Source of the DNA: Octopus sinensis
Lineage: Eukaryota
Direction of reading: 5' to 3'
Assembly (NCBI RefSeq): GCF_006345805.1
Contig: NC_043012.1
Coordinates: forward strand, 10,788,001-10,852,000
Length of the DNA stretch: 64,000 bases
Positions 37,890 to 51,483 of the stretch are shown here, piece by piece; positions within the stretch are counted from its first letter, which is position 1; each line of letters begins with the position of its first letter. The notes beneath the pieces are model-generated. The model was not told the DNA's origin, ran no database searches, and was given only the letters and a program-made list of their open reading frames with translations. A program made the position numbers and the translations under genes.

Positions 37890-39990
37890 CAACAAAACAT
37901 TGACCATTCCGATATTTCATGTCCCTTAACTATTTTTCAGCAGCGTATTGGATATTCCATATCTCTTTACAAAGGGATCAACAAGTCTGAATCTAGGATT
38001 CTAAGTAAAGGTGAGAACTGCGTGTTGAAATGTTGAGATTTTACAAAGCAATTTCGTGATCGGAATTGTTCCGACGGTGAACCGAATCCGTGGGCTTGGA
38101 TTGCCAGGGGAATTCATCTCAATTTATGGGTTTTTTTTCCAGCTGTTCTATTCAAATATTGGGGTTTTTTTCATTAAATATGTAACTTTGTTTTTGTTTT
38201 TTTTTAAGAAATGTAAATATTGTAGGAAAGAGGTAAATTCTTTGAGAAACCAGAGTAAAGGTTGGGAGGAAATGGAATTAAATACAAAAAATATGGGATG
38301 TTAGGCGAAATTCGAAACAGGAACCCAGGAATTTCGAAAATAAGCAAAAGTGATGTCTTTAACTAAGTCCCGCCTCTTCTGCCATCTTGCCGCCCTTTCA
38401 ATAAGATAAGTAAAATCGATTTTACGGTATAAAAGTTCTACAATATATTTCAATATATACACTCACACACGTTGTAAACACACACCATATATTTACATAC
38501 AAGTGTTATATATATATATATATATATATATGCTTGCGTGCGTGCTTGTATGTATGTATGTGTGGTGTGTGTGTGTGTGTGTGTGTTTATTAACAATGTA
38601 ACTAGATTTACTCATTTATTACCATAAATCAGCAACAGCGCATTAACCTTTCTGGAAAGCAGCTCCCCACTTCTCTTTTCCAAATAAATCTCACAACCCC
38701 ACCCCCTATACACACACACACACTCTTCAAAACTTTTCCTGCAATTAGGCAGATTATTCTAGACTACCGAAATAGGTTTTCAGCAGAATATGATATTTAG
38801 CAAATATAGAAGCCAAGATACACAAAACATATTATTATTATTATTATTATTATTATTAAATGAATGCAAATACCCACTTGGAGAAGAGACAAACAACAAA
38901 CAAAAAATTAAATAAAAAAGAACAGCAGCAGCAGCAACAAATAATAATGATGATGATGATAATATTAACAATAATAATAACAACAACAACAACAATAATG
39001 ACAACGCTACATCTCTAACAACAGCAGTACCATTCTAATTATGAAACAATAGCAGTTTGTTATAATTATTAGTCAGTCTAGACGATATAATTGATGAGAA
39101 AACCCAGCGGGATGCTAAAACTCGTAAAAATCAAAATTGGTTCGCTCTTTTATCAGAATCGCCGCTGGTGGGGGCTGATTGAAGTGATAGGAACGGATGC
39201 GGATATTGGCGTTAAGTGACCCGCCGCTAAAAGACACGATTCTGCTACTGTTTTGCCCCAAGTCAAACCTAACTCGCCAAACCTATGATCAAAGATGTTG
39301 AAACCCATCATCACTCAGTCTCGTATCTATATCAGCCACTATATTGTTTTAAGGCGCCAATATATATTTTTTTAAGGCAATCGGGTGTAATTTGAAGGAC
39401 GTTTGGCAAATATTTCTAACCCATCGACCGGATACAGGTTGTCTACATGGAACGCAGAATCCTGGGAGCTAAGCCCAGTGGACTGCGTCGGATGAATCAG
39501 TAAATCGTGGGGGGCAAATTATCAAAGAATAATGAATAACAAGAGCAACGAAAGGGGTGAAGAAGGACAAAGAATAACGGGGTAGGACAGACTAAGGTGA
39601 ACAATAGCAGTAAATTAGAGATTCTGCAGGAGTTGATGTGGATGACGCCAACAACAAGAAGAGGCCAACAAGGTCTATCACGGCCGGTTTCGATTTCCGA
39701 TATAGGAACCAAATCTTTTTGTAAGAGCAGAAATGTCTGATGGGGTTAAAAAGTTCGCTTCGAAATTATGAGATGTCGGTTTCAACCCCTGACGGTAAAA
39801 TTTTGGGTAAGAGCATTGCAAGTAAATCTGGACTGACACTAACTATGTAGAAGCTCACTGGAGGTATTGTTCTTCTAAGTTAATGGTTCAGCCGTGTCCT
39901 ATACCGTGTCGCGATGGTTTTATTTGAAAATTACGATGAATACACGTGACTGCGGAGTACTTAGCCACTTGATACGCTAAATCAATGAGA

Positions 39991-40090
39991 NNNNNNNNNN
40001 NNNNNNNNNNNNNNNNNNNNNNNNNNNNNNNNNNNNNNNNNNNNNNNNNNNNNNNNNNNNNNNNNNNNNNNNNNNNNNNNNNNNNNNNNN
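39991..40090. other. Assembly gap (100 N, true size unknown)
   Basis: Run of exactly 100 N. Confidence 0.99.
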
Positions 40091-40478
40091 GTCGGAATCT
40101 TCTGGATACGTGTCCATTTGCCTGTCACTGCCTGCCTGTCTGTCGGTGTGTCAATCTCATGAGATGATTGGTCAGCCGGTGGTGAATCAAAGACTAGGAC
40201 AAGGGGGAAAAAAACCCCAAAAAAACACCGCCACCACCACCACCATCACAATGATGGCAGTCATCGTCATCATCAACCTGGCTATGCTGACAGATACAAA
40301 AATTGACGAATGACATATACATGTAATCACACAGGTGTGTATAACTGCATTCATATATGTGAGTGTACGTACGTGTTGTATACACTAATACTCACTCACA
40401 AGGCTGGTCTCGCACATGTTTAGTTGCAATACGACAATGTATGCGTGTATATAGAAATACATAAGTATACACACATAC

Positions 40479-40518
<40 letters not shown>

Positions 40519-40612
40519 CTATGTTTGTGTGTAGATGAGAGCGTTTATGGACAGGCATATGAGTATATACATATGAACATGTGTTTATAATATACACAAG
40601 CATGCATATATA

Positions 40613-40647
<35 letters not shown>

Positions 40648-40890
40648 GTTGGCGTTAGGAAGGGCATCCAGCCGTAGAAACACTGCCAGATCTGACTGGG
40701 CCTGACGAAGCCTTCCAGCTTCACAGACCCCAGTTGACCCGTCCAACCCATGCTAGCATGGAAAACGGACGCTAAACGATGATGAGATATATAGGCGCTT
40801 ATGTGTGTGGATATAATATATATATATATATATATAGGCGTTTATATTGTAGGATGTATTTATATATATATATAGGCGTTTATGTGTGGA

Positions 40891-40961
<71 letters not shown>

Positions 40962-41778
40962 GGTAGTTGAGGTGGAAAGAAGTGTGCTTGTATAATTTTT
41001 CATATATATATACAGGTGTGCGTGTGCGTCTTTCATACACACTGCATGTGGGTGTATGCATGTGTTAGAGCCGATTAGAGAGGAGGGTGGGTTAAAAGAG
41101 AAAGTAATATGTGATAGGAAGTGGGGTGGTGGTGGTGGTGGTGGTGGTAGCGATCGCCGTCGTCGTAGTGGTAAGAGGCTGTGGAGCAGAGGCGAGAGTA
41201 AGAACATTTTATGTACTCTCGGTTCTGTGGAGGTGTGAGGTGATGAAAGCCGCAGCATCACACCAACTTCGTAGCTGCATTGGTCAACTGGAGAATCGGG
41301 TGTGAAGGTAACAGCTTGATAATGGTCAAGGGTGATAATAATAATAATAGGGGTGGCGGTGCTGGTGTTGGTGAGGAACATAACAGCTTGATGGTTAATC
41401 AATAGGATATGGTGAGGGTGGTGGTTGTGGTTAGGGCTGTGGTGACAAAAACGGTTGCTGCAATGGATAGTGATGGAAATACATGACCTTGGCACTACTG
41501 GTAGCAGTGGGAGGGGTGGGAGGTGCATAAGAGAGGGAGGGAGGGATAGATACAGAGATAGATGGATGGAGAGATGGATAGACAGATGGACAGATAGATA
41601 GACATGTGGATAGAGATAGATAGATAGATAGATAGATGGATGGATGGGTGGGTGGGTGGGTGGGTGGGTGGTGGTGTGGAAAAAGTGTCACCATTAGTAG
41701 GTGACAATGTGACAGTAACAACAATGCTGAACAGGAGGAGAGGAGAGGAGAGACCAGAAATGAAAGATGGATGGATGT

Positions 41779-41882
<104 letters not shown>

Positions 41883-42485
41883 AACGTGAGCATGTTAAGG
41901 AACAATCTGTAGGTAGAGGAGGTGGGGTTGGTCGTCAATGAAATAAGAATTTCTTTCCTTTTTACTAACAAAATAAAAACGGTGATCGGCTCTGAAAGGG
42001 TTTCTCTTTGTACCCAATGGAGGAGGTGGAGAGGGTAATTGCTGATGTTGTTGTGCCAGGCTGGAGAGAGAGAGAGAGAGAGGGGGGGTTGTAGAGATTG
42101 GAGAGCCGATGACAAGGGAGGTAATGGAGAGAGAGAGGTGACCACAGGGAGATAAATGAGTGGGGAGAAAATGAGGTGGACAGGGGTGAAGAGAAAGCTT
42201 GGGACTTTTCGATGTGATGATGGTGATGGTGGAGTGAGTTACTATAATGGAGAAAGATATCGATAATGATGACGACGACGATGGTGATTAGAACAACACA
42301 AACATCAAATTGAATACAGAACGGGAGAAAGAAATTTTAGTCCTTTCGTCCGACGTTCGTTCATTCACACATACATTATGTATGTATGTATACACCCACA
42401 GAGAAATACTAAGTGAGTGTATAAAAGCCAAAACAGATGTATGGTGAACACAGAATGTATAGAAGATCGAATGCACCGCAATATA

Positions 42486-43045
42486 TTGGGTTGTCCGGAA
42501 AGTTCGTGCCGATTTTTAAAGGAAGGAAAAAGGTCAATAAATACTTGACTTGCCATTACATTTTTAATCAACCAAATATGAACCATTTTGTTGCACAATG
42601 CGTCCCCATCTTTCCTTTAACTTGAAAATACCCTCTTCCCAGAATTGAGGTGGTTTTATGGCAAAGAATTCGTCAAGGTATCTTTTTACGTTATTCAAGG
42701 AATTAAAATTTTTACCATTAAGACTATTCTGCTGAGACCTGAATAAGTAGAAATCCGAAGGAGCAATATCTGGTGAATATGGAGGTTAGGGTAACACATC
42801 CCAGCCGAGCTGCAGCAATTTTTGTCTGGTTCCCAAAGCATCAAGTGCCGAAAATGAACTTTCTTATCTTCAATTTTAAAGGGTTACAGAATTAACACAG
42901 GTTATAGGAACATAAACCTTCTTCCACGAAAAGATAGCTTAAACTGTGCTCTAAATGGAGATGTAGTCAAATCCTATTTTATGGACTCAACCATGTCCTA
43001 AAATAAGTCGAAAGGTAACCGACACAAACTTTCCGGACAACCCAA
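42486..43045 (-). mobile_element. Internally deleted mariner element
   Basis: TIRs ttgggttgtccggaaagtt(c/t)gtg(c/t)cg, TA flanks. Minus-strand relic at 42564-42830: TRQKLLQLGWDVLP*PPYSPDIAPSDFYLFRSQQNSLNGKNF...FWEEGIFKLKERWGRIVQQNGSYLVD*, containing the mariner YSPDxAPSD motif. Confidence 0.9.
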
Positions 43046-43787
43046 TATTTTGAATGCAGTTTCAAGTCATAATACAGTTCATGACAGTGTCACGAGTAAC
43101 TATGTTCAGCGTCTTATGTCTCAATGTGTAGACTGAATAAAAAGAGAAATAAATAATTCTGGGTATACTGATGTGTGTGTGTGCGCGCACACATCTCTGA
43201 ACGGGACGTCAGTTCGTCGCGGATTAACCATTTACAGCTCAGTGGATAGGAGCGACGTGAAATGAAGTGTTTTGCTCAAGAACACAACGTACGGCCGAAC
43301 CAAGGAATCGAAACCACGAACCTGCGATATCAAGTGCAAAACTCTAACCACTAAGTTACATGCCTTCACACACATACTTACCTGTGTGTGTGTAGGTGTG
43401 TTTCCTAGGTACGATTTTAAACTGCATCCCGTAGAGGAAACCTGGCACAGGAGTTCCAGGGTTTCGAGGAGTGTGGAACCACCTACTAGCCACCATTTTC
43501 CCTCGGGTCTATTCTGACCCACACCTGTTAGGGTCCCGGCTGTGGGTTAACTAACATGTGAACCACTAGGAGCGAAGGACCGTTAGTTCTCGTTAGAATG
43601 TACTTCTAGGAGAAGGTAAACTCATAAAAATAAAACCCGAAGTGTAGTTGGTTCCTGCTCATCTCAACCTCAATTACGCCAATGGTGTTAGGGATGCGTA
43701 CGATTTTAAACTGCATCCCGTATAGGAGACTTGGGTTTCGAGAAGTGTGGAACCACCTCTTAGCCACTGCAGTTATCGTGGAGAAAA

Positions 43788-44022
43788 AAATTCTCTCTCT
43801 CTCTCACACACATATGCGCCATTCGCCATGATAGATCGCTAGCCACTAAACCTTTTTAATTTTCTCTTCCTGTTTATTTCTGAGTTCCTTTCTATCGAAG
43901 AGCGTAGGCTCGAAACGTAAAAGACTTTCTCACTTCCCGAGCGTTGAACTAATACATCTGTTTGTTGTTTACACACCCTTCTTCTTCGTCTTTTGTAAAT
44001 TCTCTCTCTCTCTCTCTCACAT
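43788..44022 (+). mobile_element. Penelope-like pLTR-type remnant carrying the variant hammerhead, bounded by direct repeats
   Basis: Homologous to 16900-17050. aaatt(ct)ncaca is repeated at 43788-43814 and 43997-44022. Confidence 0.5.
43888..43923 (+). ncRNA. Variant minimal hammerhead-like motif (core CUAUCGA)
   Basis: cttt-CTATCGA-a-gagc(gtag)gctc-GAAA-cg-TA^aaag: helix I cttt/aaag perfect, core carries G5A and A6U. Flanks are homologous to the 16922 copy. Confidence 0.5.
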
Positions 44023-45274
44023 ACACACACACAAACATATATATATATATATATATGACCCATCGCTGTCATTGTCACTACCAACACGTTATTGCATCTC
44101 TCTTGCAATTAACGTGTCTGTCTGTGTCTCTGGTGAATCTCTTCATTGCAGATCAGTAACTGAACGATTAATTAAAAGCAATGATTGGACGCCTGAATGC
44201 ATAAACGAATGAGTGAACAAACTAACCACAGGGTAACTGAATGAATGAATGAAGGTATAAGTATTGGAAAGAGTTAACGAATAAAAGAATAAAACCACGG
44301 TGTCTGTGACAGACATGCCTTTAGAGGTTGAAATATGTCACAATCATATTTTAACTAACCTAAAATTCGCTTAGCTTAAATACTGCTTGACACTGATATT
44401 ACTGTAAATACTGTAATTTTCACGACCATGACGGTCTACTGGAGCAACACTGGCTAATTAGGTCTGTCCAGAGTTGCCTCTCTTCGGTATTTCCCATTGA
44501 TAACGACTAAAGAGCTTAGAAATATTCCTTTCTTCTAATCGCGTTTTGTTTTTCTTTTGATTTCTTCATGTCAAATGTAATCCGCACCAACAGTTGCTCA
44601 TCTGCAGGCTTCCCAACAGGTTTTACCGTCTTCAACGGCCATAACACAACTGTTATTAGGCTGAAATTTCGGTTAAGATCTACACCTTAACGTTAGTCAC
44701 GAGAGTGTTCTTTTTCTTTCTTTTTTTTGTACACTTTTTGCTCTTGTGTCTTTAACCATCGGAATTGATGCTTTTCGCTGATGATTTCACTTCTCGTCGA
44801 TTCTGTTCCTGCCGATCTATCATTACTTATGACAGACTCACCTCATTTAAGCTTCAACATCGGTTTTACACGACCAAATCTCAGATATCGACGTATTATT
44901 ACAAATTAATATCCTAGCCATATCTACCAATTCATGACTGGATATTCAGCGGTTTTAAACCAAAATATATTTAAATTCAAAGCTGGTTTGTAACATTTGA
45001 ACTTTCATGCAGTTTATCGAGAACATGTTGGCTGGGGAACAACATTTAGATTTGTGCAATAATCACAGCTTTCAGCGAACATTGGCTAAGAGTCCTAGGG
45101 TAGAGAACACAGGAGATTGACAGAAATATTTTCAGTGATTGTCAGGTTATCGTTGTGGAAGATATTGTCAGAGGAGACCGAAGGTTTGAGGAGCCGTTCT
45201 TGTCAGTCAGCGAATGTGCGTTCGAGAGAGAGGGAGCGGGAGTTGGGCATCTTACAAAGAGCTTGCCGTACATC

Positions 45275-45617
45275 CGAGACCCCCTTCGGTCACGACACTG
45301 ACCATGGGATTGCACCTAGAAAGTTACCCTCCCAAGCACAAGTCCGGGAAAGGTTGTTTATGGAAGACCAGCAGTCGCCCATGCATACCAACTTCCCCTC
45401 TCCACGCCACCAGTGTTATCCAAGAGAAAGGCAAAGGTGCCGATACAGCTTGGCACCTGTGACGTCGCAACTCATTTCTACAGCTGAGTGAACTGGAGCA
45501 ACATGAAATAAAGTGTCTTGCTCAAGAACACAAAACGCAGCCCGGTCCGGGATTCGAGCTCACAACCTCACGATTGTAAGTTCGACGCTCTAACTACTGA
45601 GCCATGCTCCTTCACTT
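45275..45617 (-). mobile_element. Third tRNA-derived SINE family
   Basis: Head gtgaaggagcatggctcagtagttagagc..gagctcgaatcccgg, then ttgtgttcttgagcaagacactttatttc. Partial relative at 43225-43370. Confidence 0.65.
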
Positions 45618-47298
45618 GCCGTTCATACATATATGCATATTAAGAGTGTGCGTGTGTACTATTAGCCCTCTGTTGGTTACGACGACGAGTGTTCCAGTTG
45701 ATCCGATCAATTGGACAGCCTGCTGCTCGTGAAATTAACGTGCATGTGGCTGAGTACTCCACAGACACGTGTACCCCTAACGTAGATCTCTGGGAGATTC
45801 AGCGTGACAGAGTGTGACAAGGCTGACCCTTTGAAATACGACAGGTGCTACACATTTTGCCACCTGAGTGAACTGGAACAACGTGGCCTAGTGGTTAGCG
45901 TATCCGGCTCGCGATCTTTATCGAGCACATGTTGGCTATTTAAAAATGTGGAGTTCGTCTCCAGGCGTCGCGTTGTGTTCCTGAGCCAGACACTTTTACT
46001 AACGGTGAGAGACATTTTCGATGTGCCGAAAGGAAGAAAGTGGTGGCTGTGTGGGTAATTGGGTTGCGATAAGTTGGCCAATATTTCTTCCTCATTTTCT
46101 CACCGTCATCTACCCTTCATCTACCAAGCCAATCTACCCAGCATCTCTCCCTTTGCAAGCATTTCATTGATTATACCACCGCTTTTTGCTACACATACAC
46201 TCCACCCCATTCCCCTCCCCTCACTCATTTAGAAAGCAGGACTGTTGGAGAAAATACCATTTCACAGATGTATAAATACAAATAAATACCAAAGATCAAA
46301 CACTATATATGAGACAGAAATACAGTGATTGATAGAAACTAGCGCCAGCCTTTCTTTTCTTTCCTTTTCTCTCTCTCTCTCTCTCCCTTCATCTCTATCT
46401 CTCTTTCCCTCTCATAGCAGAGCTGATGTAAGCCCCAATTGATAGTTCTGAAGAAGAAATACGATCAGAACTCTAGCTACACCCTATTATTGAGAAGCCA
46501 TCGGCCGTCATAAAGTAACACCCCCACCCCCTTACACCAGCTTCCATCACCACCAACAACTGTAGGACTATTTGTACTGGTGATGGTGGTGGTGGTGGTG
46601 GTGGTAGTGGAGAGGGGGGTTGGCTGCTGCTGCTGGTGCTGCTGCGGCGGTAATGCTTCTGTTGCAAGATCATAGAAAACACAGAAGTGAAAAGAACGTG
46701 ACAATGGTTCTAGCAATACATCTAGCGACACCTACCTTAACAGGGGTCACAAACTGCACTCATCATCATCGCCCATCCACCCAACCATCCACAATCACCA
46801 ACACCACCACCACCATCATCACAACAACAACAACAATTACAACAATAACGAGGACAATCATCTCCATTTTTGCAGTGATACAAACTCCTCATCGTTTTAT
46901 TTATTTAGTTTTTTTCCCCTTCTCCGACAAACCAGTTATGCACCACACACACACACACACACACACACCACACACACACAACCATCATCACTTAATACAA
47001 AATTTCCCAGCACCGATCATCATATATCATTATAGCATTGTTCTAGAAACTTCATCAGAAAACACTTTACAACACACGCACACACACACACATACAATGA
47101 ATAAAAACCAATCATTTTGTTCCACGCACACACACATACACCTTATTCTTTTCTTCCCCTCCTCCCCCTCTCTCTCTCCAACATTCTTTTATGTTTTTCT
47201 TTTTTACTTTTTAGTTAGATTTTTTTTTCTTGTTTTTGTTTTCAAAGAACTGCTTCAAACATCTGCTGTACTCGACGCATTTTTTTTTTTATTTCAAG

Positions 47299-47621
47299 GC
47301 GAGGTTTTTATTGCCAACATGATGGGTACTAATAGCAAAAAACACCCAGCTTTAGACATGAAAAACATGACACAAAACACTGACCAAACCTCCACTAATA
47401 ATAATAATAATAATAATAACAATAATAATAATAATAACGATAATAATAACAACAATAATAATAATAACAATAATAATAATAACAATAATAATAATAGCAA
47501 TAATAATAATAATAATGATAACAATAATAATGATAATAATAATAATAATAATGATAATAATAATAATAATAACAATAATAATAATAATAATAATAATGAT
47601 AATAATAATAATAATAAATAA
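47299..47621 (+). CDS. Candidate exon with poly-Asn tract
   Basis: Acceptor ttttttttttatttcaag, then GEVFIANMMGTNSKKHPALDMKNMTQNTDQTST followed by an (AAT/AAC/GAT)n Asn-rich run to a stop. No recognised homology. Confidence 0.2.
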
Positions 47622-47628
47622 CAATAAC

Positions 47629-47659
<31 letters not shown>

Positions 47660-47668
47660 TTAATAATA
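47395..47668. repeat. Interrupted (AAT)n array
   Basis: Direct reading. Confidence 0.95.
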
Positions 47669-47763
47669 AACTATCAAAGAACTTTTTAATGGCTTTGGCA
47701 GCAAGCAAGAAAAAAAATAAAATAAAGCGAAATATAAAAAAATATGAAAGGGAGGTTGGAAAG

Positions 47764-47794
<31 letters not shown>

Positions 47795-48312
47795 TTTTCC
47801 CTGCATTTTTAAAAAGATTTATTTATTATATAAATATTTATGTTCATTTATTTATCGTAATTTTTTTTTTTTTTTTTCTTTGTTTATTTTGTTTTTTTTC
47901 TTCCCTAAATAGAGGAAACAGTTCTCGGTAAGGCATCGCCAGCTACTTGTTTGACAAATTTGGCGGAGAGAACTTTTGGAGATTAGGATTTTGAAAGAAA
48001 AGAAACAAAAAGCGCGCGCAAACACACACACACTGCACAAGGATATTTGCAAATGATCTGAAACTCGTCTAAAAGTTCACGAAATAATCTGGCCTCAAAC
48101 ATCTTTATCTTTTATTTGTTTGTCACTTGACTTGCGGCCACGCTGGGGCACCGCCTTGAATGGGTTTTAGTCGACCAAACCAACCACAGGGCTTACTTTT
48201 TTTTTTAAAGTCAAGTACCTATGTTATCGGTTTCTCTTGCTGAACCGCTAAGTTACGGAGACGTAAACACACCAGCATCGGTTTCAAGCAGTAGTGACAC
48301 AAACACACACCA

Positions 48313-49105
48313 GTTGTCAGATGGGCTGCGGGGAAGTTATCCCTGAAAGGACGAAGCAGCGAGATCAATCTCTACATCACCTCCTTCATCACATACCGTT
48401 TGTTTACTGTGTCGTCTTACAGTCTCCGTCTGACCAGATTGGAGTGTCAACACTTCCGCTTTCTGTGGAAGAGATGCGTTCCACTGGTCATGCGGTCCAT
48501 CTTTCTCAAGAAAAAAACTGAGAGGCGGGTTCGGTTTGCCGTAGCAGCGCAAACACGCGCTAAGACTGCACCACGCGTAGAGAGAGATACACAAGAAGTG
48601 AGCAGGTGTAATGCCGTTTAAAAAGCACACTTTTCTGATAGAACTGAGTCCTAGGACAAGAAAAGAGCATGGTTGGGTGCCTAGCACCTGAAACATCATC
48701 CAACAAGCAATTCTCCAGAAGTCGGACATTGCGGTCGGTAGAATTTCACTTCGGCAATATACAGAGGCGGGCAAGAACAATAATGTTCTCGAGGAAACTC
48801 TAGGCAACCACAAGAAGAATCTGGCAGGTCTATTCTGGAGAACGGAAGAGCCGCCAGGTAAGACTGTACAAAGGCGCGCCGCAAAGGGGGATGAAACTGT
48901 TCTGCACGAACTCGTGCAGGGTCCGGACACTGCTAACATGTAATGTTGAACAGCTGTTGTTTCCTGTAAGAAGGGTTCGGTTATCAGCCGAGTCTATTGT
49001 GAAGATCACCCCTTCACCCTCTTTAGTAATGGGGAGGAAATATTCCTCTGTATATTGGCTGTGCCGAAAAAGTTGTAATGAACGAGACTGAGAAGAGTAT
49101 TTACC
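48313..49105 (+). mobile_element. L1/Tx1-clade LINE ORF2 fragment (post-RT C-terminal region), degenerate
   Basis: VVRWAAGKLSLKGRSSEINLYITSFITYRL...LTRLECQHFRFLWKRCVPLVMRSI and VRLSAESIVKITPSPSL..EEIFLCILAV resemble L1/Tx1 ORF2 motifs; frameshifts and stops present. Confidence 0.75.
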
Positions 49106-49286
49106 AACAGAATGTGGCAGTCCTGGGAGGGACGATTGTTACTGTTGTTTAGCCCCAGGAAACGTCGTTTCCAGCTGGTTGAACGACAATAGCAATCGTC
49201 CCTTCCAAGACAGCCACATTATATTGGCAGTCTTTACTTTAAAGAACTGTTACCGAATATCTCTCTTTGAGAGGTTTAGAAATAAT

Positions 49287-49326
<40 letters not shown>

Positions 49327-50527
49327 AGAGGGAGAGAGAGATAATGCCTTGGTAGAGCAGAGGACAATGCCTTGGAGTAATTTAGTTTTGTCTGTATGTT
49401 GAGTTTTAATACTCTTAAGTTTGTCCGCAATACTCTTGTTAAGTTTGTTCTCTAAACTTTGTGTTTTTTATAAAGTTCAAAAACTCATCAACCATCGGTG
49501 CTCTACTAATCAAATATTTCCCTGTTTCAAACCTCTTCTCCGCGTGTGGTATTGTGTGCTAAGTTAGAAATCCATTATATTATCTGTTCAACTCCTACTG
49601 AGGCCGTCTTTGCTTTTCATCATTTCGATGTTCACAAAAAATAAGTACGGTACCAGTTAAATACTGAGGAGTGGTGGTCTCATTAACTACAATCTCTTCC
49701 TCGGAAAAGATTTACGCCTTTATGTCCCAGTGAGAAAGCAGTAGTAGTAGTAGTGGTGGTGGTGGCAGAAGTGGTGGCGGCGGCGGTAGCGACAACTAAA
49801 ACGCGATGAGGTTTTTTTGCTAAAATATTTTTTGGCAACCGGCTATGTTTTTTGATGTATGAAGTTAAAACATATCTGAAACAAATTGCTTACACAATTT
49901 ATTCCTGCCCTCCTCTCCTTCTTCCATCCGCCACAATCTCTCCACTTACACACACACACACACACGCGCGCGCTATCTTTATGACTAGAGCACTAAAACA
50001 TAATGTTTAATAAAGCAAAACGACCTGTGTTGGTAAGAGGCACATTTTCCAGTCATACATAAAATATAATAAACTTTCGTTTATTTTAGAAACACCACAA
50101 ATATTGCCTTACCACACACATACACACACACAACTCCATATATATACATACACACACTAAATGCATATATCACAAGAAGGGCGGCAGATTTCATAATCGT
50201 TCAATATTGGAAAATTCGATTTTATCGAACACATTGTTAATTGATTATCTCAAAAGCAAACACTAACACTTTCAGACTGCGTAAGAGGGGAAATATAACC
50301 CTACATAACAGGGCTAATAGAAAGAGGAATAATTTAACCCAATGCAACAGGGCTAATGAGCCTTGTGTTATTACAGAACTAAAAGGAATCGAACTGAGGT
50401 CAAATATTTGCAGCATAAAATCAAATTTGTCAGAGTAAAACATTTCTCCATCACAACTCGTTTTAAGAATTCTGCTTCCGTTACATCGTCATCATTAAGA
50501 TCATGTCAATGTCTGTAAGGTGTAGAC

Positions 50528-50890
50528 CAGTGGTTCTCAACTACGGTCCATATGGCCCTTGAGGGTCCATTTGAGATTTTGGGGGGGGTCCAACAACGAA
50601 ATAGTAAACTGAGGATCCACAATAGTTTCTTGAGGACCCCTGAAAAGATGTTGCTTTAGATGTATGCATTGGTATGTATTGCAAGAAACAGCTAGGTCTC
50701 TTTCTCTAACGTTTTACTAAGTTCAGCGCGACACAAGTTACTGCGTAAAAAACTAAATAGGAATTTTGAAAGAGGTTTCTGTAAAACTAATTTTTAAAGA
50801 TAGAATGGCTGGGGGGGGGGGGGGACACCAGAATAAAATAGTAATTAAATGGTTCTTTAGACAAAAAACAAAAATGTTTGAGGACCCCTG
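50528..50890. mobile_element. hAT (Charlie-like) MITE
   Basis: Termini cagtggttctcaac / gtttgaggacccctg; 8-bp flanks gtgtagac / gtttacac (6/8 identical). Confidence 0.6.
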
Positions 50891-51032
50891 GTTTACACAA
50901 ATCTCCAGCGTAGCGTCATCGCTACTTACTGCAGTCTTTTGTCATCACTTTCGCAACTAACAAGATACCCGAGATTGTCATTTACCACTTTTTCCCACCG
51001 CTATATATATATATATATATATATATATACTA

Positions 51033-51427
51033 TTTTACCTGTTTTCAGTCATTTGACTGCGGCCGTGCTGGAGTACCGCCTTTAGTCGAATCAAATCGAC
51101 CCCAGGACTTACTCTTTGTAAGCCTAGTACTTATTCTATCGGTCTCTTTTGCCGAACCGCTAAGTTACGGGGACCTAAACACACCAGCTTTGGTTGTAAA
51201 GCGATGTTAGAGGGACAAACACAGATACACAACATATACACACACATATATACGACGGGCTTCTTTCAGTTTCTGTCTACCGAATCCACTCACAAGGCTT
51301 TGGTCGGACCGAGGCTATAGTAGAAGACACTTGCTCAAGGTGCCACGCAGTGGAACTGAACCCGGAACCATGTGGTTGGTAAGCAAGCTATTCACCACAC
51401 AGCCACTCCTGCGCCTATATATATATA

Positions 51428-51483
<56 letters not shown>

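Noticed and set aside
41645-41672. (GGGT)n G-quadruplex potential, also 10245-10270 and 27020-27050
   Set aside because: Ordinary microsatellite in a genome full of them; no locus-specific evidence.
42680-42780. Catalytically altered (DDN-type) or domesticated mariner
   Set aside because: The third aspartate in YSPDIAPSD is intact and an in-frame stop plus a large deletion show an ordinary dead copy.
43384-43522. Perfect minus-strand donor cacag|gtaagt with an upstream ORF
   Set aside because: No acceptor or homology; the upstream sequence is repeat-like.
46620-47298. 5' part of the 333-aa plus-strand ORF
   Set aside because: Made of trinucleotide and CA repeats and polypyrimidine tract; only the part after the 47298 acceptor is a weak candidate.
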